Of a stretch of 32,000 bases of DNA, positions 8,129-16,565 are shown piece after piece. Position 1 is the stretch's first letter. Each line of letters begins with the position of its first letter. This stretch comes from Candidatus Iainarchaeum sp. (lineage in GTDB: Archaea; Iainarchaeota; Iainarchaeia; Iainarchaeales; DTGL01): contig JAVYME010000007.1 of assembly GCA_038736825.1 (NCBI GenBank), positions 1,349 to 33,348 on the forward strand, written 5' to 3'. The notes below the pieces were generated by a model. It made no database searches. It was not told where the DNA came from and was given only the letters and a program-made list of their open reading frames with translations. A program made the translations under genes and the position numbers.

Positions 8129-8929
8129 GTGAAAGCAGTGATTGTTTCCGCTAAAAGCGTTAAATCGCTTTGCAAGCGCAATCCTTGCTCGCACAAGGGC
8201 GAAAACGGCGTTTTACTTGTTATTGCTGGTTCTAAAAAATTTCATGGAGCGGAAATCCTTGCAGCAAAGGCAGCCTCGCTTTTCACAGACCTTGTTTTTG
8301 TTTTAACCGAAAAGGAAAACCTTTCATATGCAAAGCATGCAACACCGCTCATAATTGCCAGCGAGTTCTCAAAAAAAAACCTGATTGAATTCGGAAAAAA
8401 AGCGGATTGCATTCTCATTGGGCCGGGTTTGAGTGAAAACAACAAAAACAGGAAATTGATTTGCTTTGCATTGAAAAAATTTTCCGGAAAAAATTTTGTT
8501 TTGGATGCTGCTGCCTTAAGGCTGGCTGACAAAAGGCTTTTAAACAAAAAATGCATTCTCACCCCGCATGCAGGCGAATTCATGGCGGTTTTTGGAAAAA
8601 AGGCTTCCCCAAAAGAGGCAATAGTGCAAGCAAAAAAATGGAATTGCATTGTTGTGCTCAAAGGAAAAACCGATTTTGTAAGCAATGGAGTGCGCCTTTA
8701 CGAAAACAGGACTGGAAATGCCTTAATGACTGCTGGCGGCACAGGCGATGTCTTGGCTGGAATCATTGCAGCGTTTGCCTGCAAAAACAAGCCACTCAAG
8801 GCAGCCCTTGCAGGAATCTATTTGACTGGCTTTGCAGGCGACTTGATTGCAAGAAAAAATGCTGGGCTTAATGCTGAAATGCTTTTGGAAATGCTGCCAA
8901 AAGCAAAAAAAATCTGTGAAAAAAGTTAA
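8129..8929 (+). CDS. nnrD: ADP-dependent NAD(P)H-hydrate dehydratase (YjeF C-terminal / carbohydrate kinase type)
   Basis: Motifs seen are HKGENGVLLVIAGS, GPGL, LTPHAGEF, VVLKGKTD and GGTGDVLAGIIAAF. The longest ORF (start 8036) would overlap the divergent gene 6694..8061, so the in-frame GTG at 8129 is proposed as the start. The start is uncertain. Confidence 0.75.
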   Translation: MKAVIVSAKSVKSLCKRNPCSHKGENGVLLVIAGSKKFHGAEILAAKAASLFTDLVFVLTEKENLSYAKHATPLIIASEFSKKNLIEFGKKADCILIGPGLSENNKNRKLICFALKKFSGKNFVLDAAALRLADKRLLNKKCILTPHAGEFMAVFGKKASPKEAIVQAKKWNCIVVLKGKTDFVSNGVRLYENRTGNALMTAGGTGDVLAGIIAAFACKNKPLKAALAGIYLTGFAGDLIARKNAGLNAEMLLEMLPKAKKICEKS

Positions 8930-10017
8930 GCTTGTTTTTGGGTTTTGTTTTCCACAAACTCTTCCACAAGCTTTTTCGCTTGATAGTCAGAAAACTGTTT
9001 TGGAGGGTGCTTGAAAAAATAAGCGCTTGGGCCAACAATTGCTCCAGCTAGTTTCCTGTCAAGCGCTATTTTAGCGCACCTTATTGCGTCAATCATTACG
9101 CCGGCAGAATTCGGTGAATCCTCCACTTCAAGCCGTATGTCCAAGTGCATTGGCACGTTTCCAAACTTTCTGCCCTCCATTCTTATAAAACCAATTTTTT
9201 TGTCTTTCAAAAAGGGAATGTAATCGCTTGGACCAATGTGAATGTCTTCAGCGGATAATTCTTTTTCAAGCTGGCTTTGAACTGCACTGGTTTTAGAGAT
9301 TTTTTTGGATTTAAGCCTTGCTCTGCTGTCAATCATGTTCAAAAAATCAGTGTTGCCGCCCACATTCAACTGGTAAGTGTGCTCTAATTGAACACCCCTG
9401 TCTTCAAAGAGTTTTGCCAGAACGCGGTGGATTATTGTGGAACCTATTTGGGATTTTATGTCATCGCCTAAAACCGGCAAGCCAGCGTTTTCAAACAATT
9501 TGGCGTTTTTTTCATCTGATGCCACAAAAACAGGGATTGCGTTTATGAATGCAACTCTTGCTTCAAGGCAAGCGTCAACATATGCTTTAGTGGCTTTTTC
9601 AGAGCCAACAGGCAAATAGTTTATCATTATTTCTGCACCGCTTTCCCTTATCTCTTTCACTAAATCGCATTCTTTTTGCTTTTCATCCACTAAAAACATT
9701 TCTCTAGTGGTTTCAGTTATGCCGTCCAATATCGGGCCTTTTTTCACTATGACTCCTGTTTTGTTGATGTTTGAAAACTTGATTGTGCAATTGGGTGGAG
9801 AGAAAGCGGCTTCACTCAAGTCTTTTCCCACTTTGCGCTTGTCAATGTCAAAAGCCACTACTGGTTTTATGTCACTGATTTTGTATCCGCCTAAAACGTT
9901 GTGCATTATTCCAGGCACTTTTGGGGATTTTGGGCCAACATCTTTGTAGAATTCTAGTCCTTGCAATAGCGAGCTCGCGCAATTGCCTACTCCGATAATG
10001 CCGATTTTTATGGGCAT
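8926..10017 (-). CDS. ino1: myo-Inositol-1-phosphate synthase
   Basis: IKIGIIGVGNCASSLLQGLEFY closely resembles the N-terminal Rossmann motif of bacterial/archaeal Ino1 (VGNCASSLVQG). GGNTDFLN is also present. The ATG at 10017 (MPIKIG) is preferred over 10062. TTAA is shared between the convergent stops at 8926-8929. Confidence 0.8.
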   Translation of the reverse strand: MPIKIGIIGVGNCASSLLQGLEFYKDVGPKSPKVPGIMHNVLGGYKISDIKPVVAFDIDKRKVGKDLSEAAFSPPNCTIKFSNINKTGVIVKKGPILDGITETTREMFLVDEKQKECDLVKEIRESGAEIMINYLPVGSEKATKAYVDACLEARVAFINAIPVFVASDEKNAKLFENAGLPVLGDDIKSQIGSTIIHRVLAKLFEDRGVQLEHTYQLNVGGNTDFLNMIDSRARLKSKKISKTSAVQSQLEKELSAEDIHIGPSDYIPFLKDKKIGFIRMEGRKFGNVPMHLDIRLEVEDSPNSAGVMIDAIRCAKIALDRKLAGAIVGPSAYFFKHPPKQFSDYQAKKLVEEFVENKTQKQA

Positions 10018-10071
10018 AACAAAAACCTTCAAAAAAGCATTATAGTAATGCCTTGAATACAATTAAAAGAA

Positions 10072-11880
10072 TTACTCCCATTCGATTGTTGCCGGCGGCT
10101 TGTTGGTGATATCGTATAAAATTGCTCCAATGCCGCTTGTTTTCATTATGCTTGAAGCCATTTCTTTTAGGATTTGTGGCTCCATTTTGTAGAATTCTGC
10201 AGTCATTGCCTCTTTGCTTTGAACCGGTCTTAAAACCACTGCCTCTCCTTTTCCGTTTACCTGGATTGGAAGCAATACCACTGGAAACTGCCATATTTCT
10301 GCTTGGATTCCTTTTTCCAGTGCAATCTTGTTTGCTATTGCGTCGGCTTTCCTGCACAATTCTGTTCTTTTTTTGTCCACAAACGCTTTTTTTGCCTTGA
10401 TTTTTTTCACGTTTTCTGGAATGACAAGGAAAACCACTCTATTGATTTCCTGCAAGGAATTGGTTAGTTCAATTGAGGCTTTTTCGAGTTTTTCCCAGTC
10501 CAGTGCTCCTGAAAGCAATACTGGGTGCTTGTAAGTGCGCAGGTCTCCTGCAACTCCCACGCTTTTAACTGGCAGAATGGCTGCCTTAAAACCGTGCTTT
10601 TCAGCGATTTCTCTTGCTTTTTTTTCTTGTTCAAGGACTTTTTTTTCCAGTGCTTTTCCTTCAGAGCACAAAACCCTTATGCCCAAGCCTGGCCCTGGAA
10701 AGGGATGCCTCCATACAAGGTCATCGCTTAAGCCAACAAGTTTGCCTAATTCCCTTACTTCGTCTTTGTATAATTCGCTTAATGGTTCTATTATTGCGCC
10801 TTTTTCCACCATTTCCGCTATTTCCTCTATTCTGTTGTGATGGGTTTTTATTCTGTCAGCGTATTTTGTGCGCGCGGTTTCAATTGTGTCAGGATAGATT
10901 GTTCCTTGCGCTAAAACCCATTCGTTTTCGTTAAAGCCAAGCTTTTCCACTTCTTTTTTTGTGATTTCAAGAAAGAGTTTTCCTATTATTTCGCGCTTTT
11001 TTTCAGGGTCAAAGGTTTTTTCCAGTGCTTTAAAGAATTCTTTAGAGTAATCCACTACTTTTAATTGTTTTCCGAGTTCGAGTTCTTGAAGGGCTTTTTC
11101 TACTGCACTGGTTTCCCCTTCACGCATTAATCCAGTGTCAACGTGCAATGCGAAAACCTTTTCTTGGTCTAAAGCCATGCCAAGCAATGCCAGTGTGACT
11201 GTTGAGTCAACTCCACCGCTTGCAAGCAATAAAACCTTTTTGTCGCCAGCCTTTTGCCTTATCTCCGCTATTGCCTTTTCAAGATAGCCTTGCATGGACC
11301 ACTCTTTTTTGCATTCACAAATGTCCAAAACAAAGCTTGCAAGCATTTCCATGCCGAACTCGGTGTGCGCTACTTCGGGATGGAATTGCACTCCATAAAT
11401 TTTTTCCTTTTCGTTCGCCATTGCTGCAACCCTGCAATTGCCAGTGGAGCCAATTATTTCAAATCCCTTGGGTGGTTCCACCACTTCATCGTTGTGGCTC
11501 ATCCAAACAATGCTTTTTTCTGGCACTCCAATGAACAACGGGCTTTCACCTATTGCAATCATTTCGGTTTTGCCGAACTCTTTTTTTTCACACCTGCCGA
11601 TTTTGCCACCCAGTTCCCTTGCAATCAATTGCATTCCATAGCAAACGCCAAGCATTGGAATTTTTGAGGAAAAAATTTCTGGATTGAAGGCAGGGCTTTT
11701 CTCTTCAACAATGGAGTACGGTGAACCGCTTAAAATCAAGCCTTTTGCCTCTCTCAATTTTTCAATTGGCGCGTCAGGCAATGCTATTTCTGCAAAAACC
11801 CCCATTTCGCGCACTCTGCGCGCTAAAAGGTTAGCGTATTGCCCGCCAAAATCCAATACAATGATTTTGTTTTCCGGCAT
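10072..11880 (-). CDS. guaA: GMP synthase (glutamine-hydrolysing), fused GATase + ATP-PPase, with extended C-terminus
   Basis: GATase motifs are VLDFGGQY, GVCYGMQ and QFHPE. The PP-loop is SGGVDSTV and the C-terminus is NKPPATIEWE. At 602 aa it is longer than the usual ~510-525 aa. A TATA-like TTTAAAATTA lies ~22-30 nt upstream of the ATG. Confidence 0.9.
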   Translation of the reverse strand: MPENKIIVLDFGGQYANLLARRVREMGVFAEIALPDAPIEKLREAKGLILSGSPYSIVEEKSPAFNPEIFSSKIPMLGVCYGMQLIARELGGKIGRCEKKEFGKTEMIAIGESPLFIGVPEKSIVWMSHNDEVVEPPKGFEIIGSTGNCRVAAMANEKEKIYGVQFHPEVAHTEFGMEMLASFVLDICECKKEWSMQGYLEKAIAEIRQKAGDKKVLLLASGGVDSTVTLALLGMALDQEKVFALHVDTGLMREGETSAVEKALQELELGKQLKVVDYSKEFFKALEKTFDPEKKREIIGKLFLEITKKEVEKLGFNENEWVLAQGTIYPDTIETARTKYADRIKTHHNRIEEIAEMVEKGAIIEPLSELYKDEVRELGKLVGLSDDLVWRHPFPGPGLGIRVLCSEGKALEKKVLEQEKKAREIAEKHGFKAAILPVKSVGVAGDLRTYKHPVLLSGALDWEKLEKASIELTNSLQEINRVVFLVIPENVKKIKAKKAFVDKKRTELCRKADAIANKIALEKGIQAEIWQFPVVLLPIQVNGKGEAVVLRPVQSKEAMTAEFYKMEPQILKEMASSIMKTSGIGAILYDITNKPPATIEWE

Positions 11881-12029
11881 TCGAGCACCACTTGCATAAT
11901 TTTAAAGAAAAAACTGTTAAAAAGGCATTATATTGCTTTTTTTTCGGGTTTTAATGAAAGGTTTGGATTTCACACCGGTTAGTTTTTTAAGAACTTCAGT
12001 GAAAGAATAATGCAGTGTTGAGAGTCAAG

Positions 12030-12069
12030 GGGGCAAGTCATACCGCTGAGCGGATCCCTGGCTTGCTCC
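12030..12069 (+). other. Nested stem-loop in the guaA / DUF1704 intergenic region
   Basis: GGGGCAAG (12030-12037) pairs with CTTGCTCC (12062-12069), giving 8 bp including one G-T pair. This outer stem encloses CCGC-tga-GCGG (12043-12053). A T-rich stretch follows. Confidence 0.25.
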
Positions 12070-12096
12070 TTTAACGCTTTCTGTTTCTTTAAATTT

Positions 12097-13266
12097 TCAG
12101 CTTGTTGAAGGAAACCGTGCCTTTTCCAGTATGTTTTTCGGGTATTTGGGCAAAAACTCTGGTTTTGCCAGCATTGGAATGCCGTCCAGTTCTTGAACAT
12201 CAGTGGTTGAAATCTTGCCATAATAGAGTTTTTCTATTTCTCCGCCTTTTTGCAAAAAATCTTGCACTTCCAGTGCGCCTTCGAAATAAAAATAGTCTTT
12301 TGGAAAAGCTCCAGGAAGAGAAGTGTCATTCAAGCCGCGTTTTGCGCGCTGGGCTAAGCGGTAAGCCTGTTCTTGTGGAAAAAAATCGCAAAGAAATTTG
12401 AATGTTTCAAAAAAAGAATTCTTTTGAGCGAAATCCACTGCAAGAACTCGCCCAGCATAGTTTTTCACTTGCTCTCCGTCAAGCAATCCAAACACTGCCT
12501 CGTTAACCACGGCAAGGCCTTCCTCTGTTTTAAGCCAGTTCCCTCCAGAGCCCTCCATAAACAAGCGAAAAGGCTGCCTTAAACCATTCAAATAACGAAA
12601 AATGTGGGTTTCAATTTCATGCAATGCCAGTCGTTTCAAATCGCTTTCAGAAAAGATTGCTCCCTCGCGCACTTTTAAAACCGCGCTTTTTGCCAGCACT
12701 ACTGCGTTTGGGGAAATGTTTTCATCCAAAACCACATTCCAGCTGATTTTTTTACTGGAAAGTTCCAGTGCAAGCATTTCCGCTGCCTGCTTGCTTGAAA
12801 TATTTTTTTCACTTCCATTCACTTTCACTGAATTAATTGTTTCCATTGCAAGCTTTAAGGTTTCACTGGATGGCAATCCATAAAATTCTGCTGCCTTTTC
12901 AGGAAACGCTTCAGAGCCAATGCTTCGCACCAACTCCATTCTTGCAAGCGAAGCATTTTTTCTTTTGTTCAAAAGCCGTCCAATGCCTGAATCCTCTATT
13001 TGTATGCTTTCCAGTTCTTTCCTTATTTGAAGGTATTCTGGTGTCATGGAAAAATGGCTGAAAACAGGGTTCTTTGGAAGGTAAGCGAACCTTGGATTTA
13101 TTTCTTTTCCTTTAGCCAGTGCTTCAAAAAACCTTTTCCTTTGCGAAACAGAATTGGTTGGCTCAACAAACTTTAAAACATCGGTTTCAAGCCCATCAGT
13201 TATTTCAAAAAGCCTTTTCTCGATTTCAAAAAACTCGCTAACAGGCTCAACATCCTTTCCATTCAT
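12097..13266 (-). CDS. DUF1704 / QEGLA-motif gluzincin (tyrosine/phenylalanine carboxypeptidase-like)
   Basis: HEIETHIFRYLNG is an HExxH site. EEGLAVVNE matches the family QEGLA motif. The overall length is about 390 aa. Confidence 0.65.
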   Translation of the reverse strand: MNGKDVEPVSEFFEIEKRLFEITDGLETDVLKFVEPTNSVSQRKRFFEALAKGKEINPRFAYLPKNPVFSHFSMTPEYLQIRKELESIQIEDSGIGRLLNKRKNASLARMELVRSIGSEAFPEKAAEFYGLPSSETLKLAMETINSVKVNGSEKNISSKQAAEMLALELSSKKISWNVVLDENISPNAVVLAKSAVLKVREGAIFSESDLKRLALHEIETHIFRYLNGLRQPFRLFMEGSGGNWLKTEEGLAVVNEAVFGLLDGEQVKNYAGRVLAVDFAQKNSFFETFKFLCDFFPQEQAYRLAQRAKRGLNDTSLPGAFPKDYFYFEGALEVQDFLQKGGEIEKLYYGKISTTDVQELDGIPMLAKPEFLPKYPKNILEKARFPSTS

Positions 13267-13462
13267 AAATCAATTGCGAAAGCCAATTCTTTTAAAAATA
13301 AGGATTTAACCTTATTGCCTTGCAGCCCTCAATAAAACGCGCTCATGGAATGCCGAGAGCGTTCTAAAATCAAAAAAAAAACACAAAAAAAAGCCATTTT
13401 TAAAAAAAAGCAAAATTAATAATAGCCTTCCCTGACAAAATATTAAAAGAACAAAAGGCTTT

Positions 13463-13632
13463 GCCGAGATGGCGGAGTGGCCCAACGCGCCAGCCTTGAG
13501 CCCAGCCTTTTTCTTTTAAAAAGAAAAAGCCTAGGTTTGACAAAAAGAAAGACTTGATGGCAAAAGAAAATTGTGCGGCAAGCAAGCTGGTATGCCTTTT
13601 GGCATGCGGGGGTTCGAATCCCTCTCTCGGCG
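13463..13632 (+). tRNA. tRNA-Ser(UGA) with 84-nt intron (13501..13584) at position 37/38
   Basis: The acceptor stem is GCCGAGA/TCTCGGC with discriminator G. The anticodon stem is CCAGC/GCTGG with loop C-T-TGA-G|A. The long variable arm is ATGCC-TTTT-GGCAT and the T-arm is GGGGG-TTCGAAT-CCCTC. No CCA is encoded. A T9 run follows immediately. ATATTAAAA lies ~20-25 nt upstream. Confidence 0.9.
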
Positions 13633-13656
13633 CTTTTTTTTTCACTGGTGGCATTA

Positions 13657-14220
13657 ATGGGTTTCACTGGGTTTGCATTGAAATGCTTGGAACTCAAGGA
13701 TATTGAGCGCACGGGCTGGCTTGTGCGCAAAGTGAAAAAACCGGAAAGCGTTGCAAGCCATTCCTTTTTTTTGGCTTTATTGTGCTCTCTTTACGCAAAA
13801 GAAGAAGGCTTGAATGAATTGAAGTGCGTTAGGCTGGCTCTCGCCCACGACCTGCATGAAACAATCTGTGGGGACATTTGCTCTAGGGAATTCGAGCACG
13901 AACAGGAAATGACAAACGCTGAAAAAAAGAAAACCGAAGCAAAAGCAATAAAAAAATTTTCAGGCTTTGTTCCAAAAAGCAAGAGAAAAGCGCTTTCATG
14001 CCTTGAATTAGAATTCCTTGAACTTCAATCAAAAGAAGCTGTTTTTGTAAAAGACATGGACATGATTGAAATGTGCTTGCAGGCACTATACTATAAAAAA
14101 AATGAAAGAGTGAAAGCCGACATGAGTGATTTTTTCAGGAAAACCGAAAGAGAACTCAAAACCAGCACTGGCAAAAGGCTTTTCACCCAAATAAAAAAAG
14201 AATTTTCAAAATTAAAATAA
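13657..14220 (+). CDS. HD-domain phosphohydrolase (YfbR-like 5'-nucleotidase family)
   Basis: Motifs seen are ERTGW, ESVASHS and LALAHDLHETICGDI (H...HD...D). The ATG at 13657 was chosen because the longer ORF (13573) overlaps the tRNA. Confidence 0.75.
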   Translation: MGFTGFALKCLELKDIERTGWLVRKVKKPESVASHSFFLALLCSLYAKEEGLNELKCVRLALAHDLHETICGDICSREFEHEQEMTNAEKKKTEAKAIKKFSGFVPKSKRKALSCLELEFLELQSKEAVFVKDMDMIEMCLQALYYKKNERVKADMSDFFRKTERELKTSTGKRLFTQIKKEFSKLK

Positions 14221-14222
14221 AA

Positions 14223-16565
14223 TTATTTTTTCTTTTTCTTTTCAACCAAAAACAAAACCATTGCCAAAACAATTAATGCCGAAAAAGGCATTGCATCCGG
14301 AATCTTTAATTCGGGTGGTTGCGGCACAGCCCTAAAATAAATTGTTTTGGGACAGTTAGCGCAATTGCCGTCCTTTATTGTGGCCCTTGCCTCGTAAATC
14401 CCGCTTTTCTCGAAAACAAGGTCTGGTTCAATCCAGGCGCCATTGCAGGGGGTTTCCTGTTGCTTTAAAAGCTCTCCGTTTTTGTTTCTTATCTCTATTA
14501 TTGCTGTGAGTGAAGCGCTGGTGCAGGAAACCATTGCCTTTGTTTTTTGTCCTTCGTTTGTGTCGTTCACTCTAAATGCGGAAATAGAGTTTTGAATTGC
14601 AGTGATTCCTGTAATGGGGTCACTCCATTCAGACCATAACGGCTTTGTGGGGTCGTTGTCTTGGGCTTTGGCTCGCGCGTTGAAAGTGCCAGCAACCGTG
14701 TAGGTTTTGGTTGTTGAAGGGCAATTGCATGGCGATGGAGCGTCTGCTATTCCGTCACCGTCAAAATCCCAAATCCATCCAACAATTTGGTCTCCGTCTG
14801 GGTCAACTGCTGTGCCAGTGAATTGCACTATTAGTGGAACAAACCCGCTTGTGGGAATTGCAGTAATCACTGGCTTGTTTGGCTTTCTGTTTTCAACAAT
14901 CACTTGAAGGATTGCGCTTGTCGAGGTTGCTCCATCGTTGTCTGTTACGGTTACTGTTGCAAAAAAAGTGCCTTTTGCAGTGTATTTGTGGACAACAGTG
15001 TTGGTTGTTGTTTCAGTTGTGGTTCCGTCCCCGAAAACCCAAGTGTATTTCACTATGGTGCCGTCCGGGTCTGGTGGTTTTGTTGGGTCAGCTGGAAGCG
15101 CAGTAAAGGTTGTGTCTTCTTGTGGATGCGTTGTTTGTGGCGAATAGGAGAGCGTGTGGATTTGCGGTGGAACATTTGGTAAGGTTACAATTGAAAGAGA
15201 GTCAGTGCTTTTTGCTCCAAAAGTGTCTGTTACTGTGAGTTTGGCTGAATAAGTGGTGTTTTTTGCCGAATAAACACAAGAAACAATCGCGGTTTTTGTT
15301 GTTGTAGTGAAATCTTTTGTTCCGTCACTAGTGCAATCCCATTCAAAGGATTTCATGTCTGCATCGCCTTGCGGGTCTGTTGAAAGGGAAGCGTCCATTT
15401 GCACTGTCAGTGGAGCAATGCCATTAGTGGCAGTCAAAGCCTTTATTTTTGCTTTTGGGGGCTGGTTTAAAACTATTTTAACCCATGCATCGTCATAAAT
15501 TGCAGGGTCATCCTTGAGGGATAACCTGAACTGGAATTTTGCTTCCGGCTGGGAATAAGTGAGTGGAGGGCAAATTTTCATTAAAAAGGTTGCAGTCTTT
15601 CCATCCCTTGGCACGTCCTTTATTTCAGTGCTTTGAACTATTGAAGTGCCCTGCAATATTCCGCCCCAGTTTTCTCCTGAAACCCTTTCCACTTTGAAAG
15701 TGTCAGAGCCAATGATTGAATAGATTGCTTTGAGAATCAAGTCTGGAATCTGGCTTGAATTCGTGCCATACTTGAAGCGGTTTCCCTTTTTTGCAATGCC
15801 AAGTATTGTATCCATGTCATTTATTACGGTTTGCTCATAGCTTCCAGAGCCAATTATTCCAAAAAAGTAAGCGTTCTTGTTCAAGAGCGCTTGTCCTGCC
15901 TCAGTGCACCTGTAACCAGTGGCTTCACCAGTGCAAGAATCAGCTGGCTCGTCGGTTATGACAAGGATTGCAGGCACAACATCAGGGCTGTTTCTCCATC
16001 CAAAGCTTGAATCATTTATCACGTCTTTGGTAAGCGCGCACCATGGTTCAAGCCAACCACTGCCGCCGGCTTTAACTTGCCCTAACAGGTTTTTAATCAA
16101 GAGACTATTATCACCCAAATGAATTGCTCCAACATCATCAACTGCCCCAGCAGAATAGCCACAATAAGCTGGTTTTGGTGTAAAACCAGTTCTATTGCTG
16201 CCAACTCCTTCAAAAACGTATATTCCAACGCGCATGCATCCAGGACAGTCACTATTTATTTTTGCCATTATATCCACAATGCTGTTTTTCACTGCATCAA
16301 TTTCATCCTGCATGCTTCCGCTTGCATCCAAAATGAAAACCAAGTCTAAGTCTTTTGTCATTTTTGTGCTTGAAATATTGTTTTGGATTTCGCCTTTCAA
16401 GTCATAGCACAACCCTGGAACCCCTTGGAGCACCAATGCTTCCGGTTCAGTGTCGGCTTCAGAATAGGGTGGAGCTGTTCCAGCTTTCAAGGAAACCTGT
16501 TTTGCTGCAATTGTTGTGCTTAAGGCAATGAAAAAGAAAAATGCAACCAATAAGGTTTTTTTCAT
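14223..16565 (-). CDS. Secreted vWA-domain protein with several PKD-like repeats and C-terminal TM anchor
   Basis: MKKTLLVAFFFFIALSTTIAA is a signal peptide. DLVFILDASGSM is a MIDAS DxSxS motif. PKD-like segments are WDCTSDGT, WVFGDGTT and WDFDGDGIAD. The C-terminal helix ALIVLAMVLFLV is followed by EKKKKK. The start forms an ATGA overlap with the upstream gene. Confidence 0.85.
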   Translation of the reverse strand: MKKTLLVAFFFFIALSTTIAAKQVSLKAGTAPPYSEADTEPEALVLQGVPGLCYDLKGEIQNNISSTKMTKDLDLVFILDASGSMQDEIDAVKNSIVDIMAKINSDCPGCMRVGIYVFEGVGSNRTGFTPKPAYCGYSAGAVDDVGAIHLGDNSLLIKNLLGQVKAGGSGWLEPWCALTKDVINDSSFGWRNSPDVVPAILVITDEPADSCTGEATGYRCTEAGQALLNKNAYFFGIIGSGSYEQTVINDMDTILGIAKKGNRFKYGTNSSQIPDLILKAIYSIIGSDTFKVERVSGENWGGILQGTSIVQSTEIKDVPRDGKTATFLMKICPPLTYSQPEAKFQFRLSLKDDPAIYDDAWVKIVLNQPPKAKIKALTATNGIAPLTVQMDASLSTDPQGDADMKSFEWDCTSDGTKDFTTTTKTAIVSCVYSAKNTTYSAKLTVTDTFGAKSTDSLSIVTLPNVPPQIHTLSYSPQTTHPQEDTTFTALPADPTKPPDPDGTIVKYTWVFGDGTTTETTTNTVVHKYTAKGTFFATVTVTDNDGATSTSAILQVIVENRKPNKPVITAIPTSGFVPLIVQFTGTAVDPDGDQIVGWIWDFDGDGIADAPSPCNCPSTTKTYTVAGTFNARAKAQDNDPTKPLWSEWSDPITGITAIQNSISAFRVNDTNEGQKTKAMVSCTSASLTAIIEIRNKNGELLKQQETPCNGAWIEPDLVFEKSGIYEARATIKDGNCANCPKTIYFRAVPQPPELKIPDAMPFSALIVLAMVLFLVEKKKKK

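Noticed and set aside
13501-13584. C/D box sRNA encoded in the tRNA introns (also 21387..21520)
   Set aside because: There is no RUGAUGA C box paired with a CUGA D box in either intron. Only a TGATGG near-match exists in the first intron, without a D box.
13400-13730. ORFs 13400..13654 and 13443..13730 (-), 13573 start (+), and 21292..21576 (-) / 21455..21772 (+)
   Set aside because: They overlap the tRNA-Ser genes and their introns. The similar peptides in the two loci (for example ERGIRTPAC) simply reflect translation of the conserved tRNA exon sequence.
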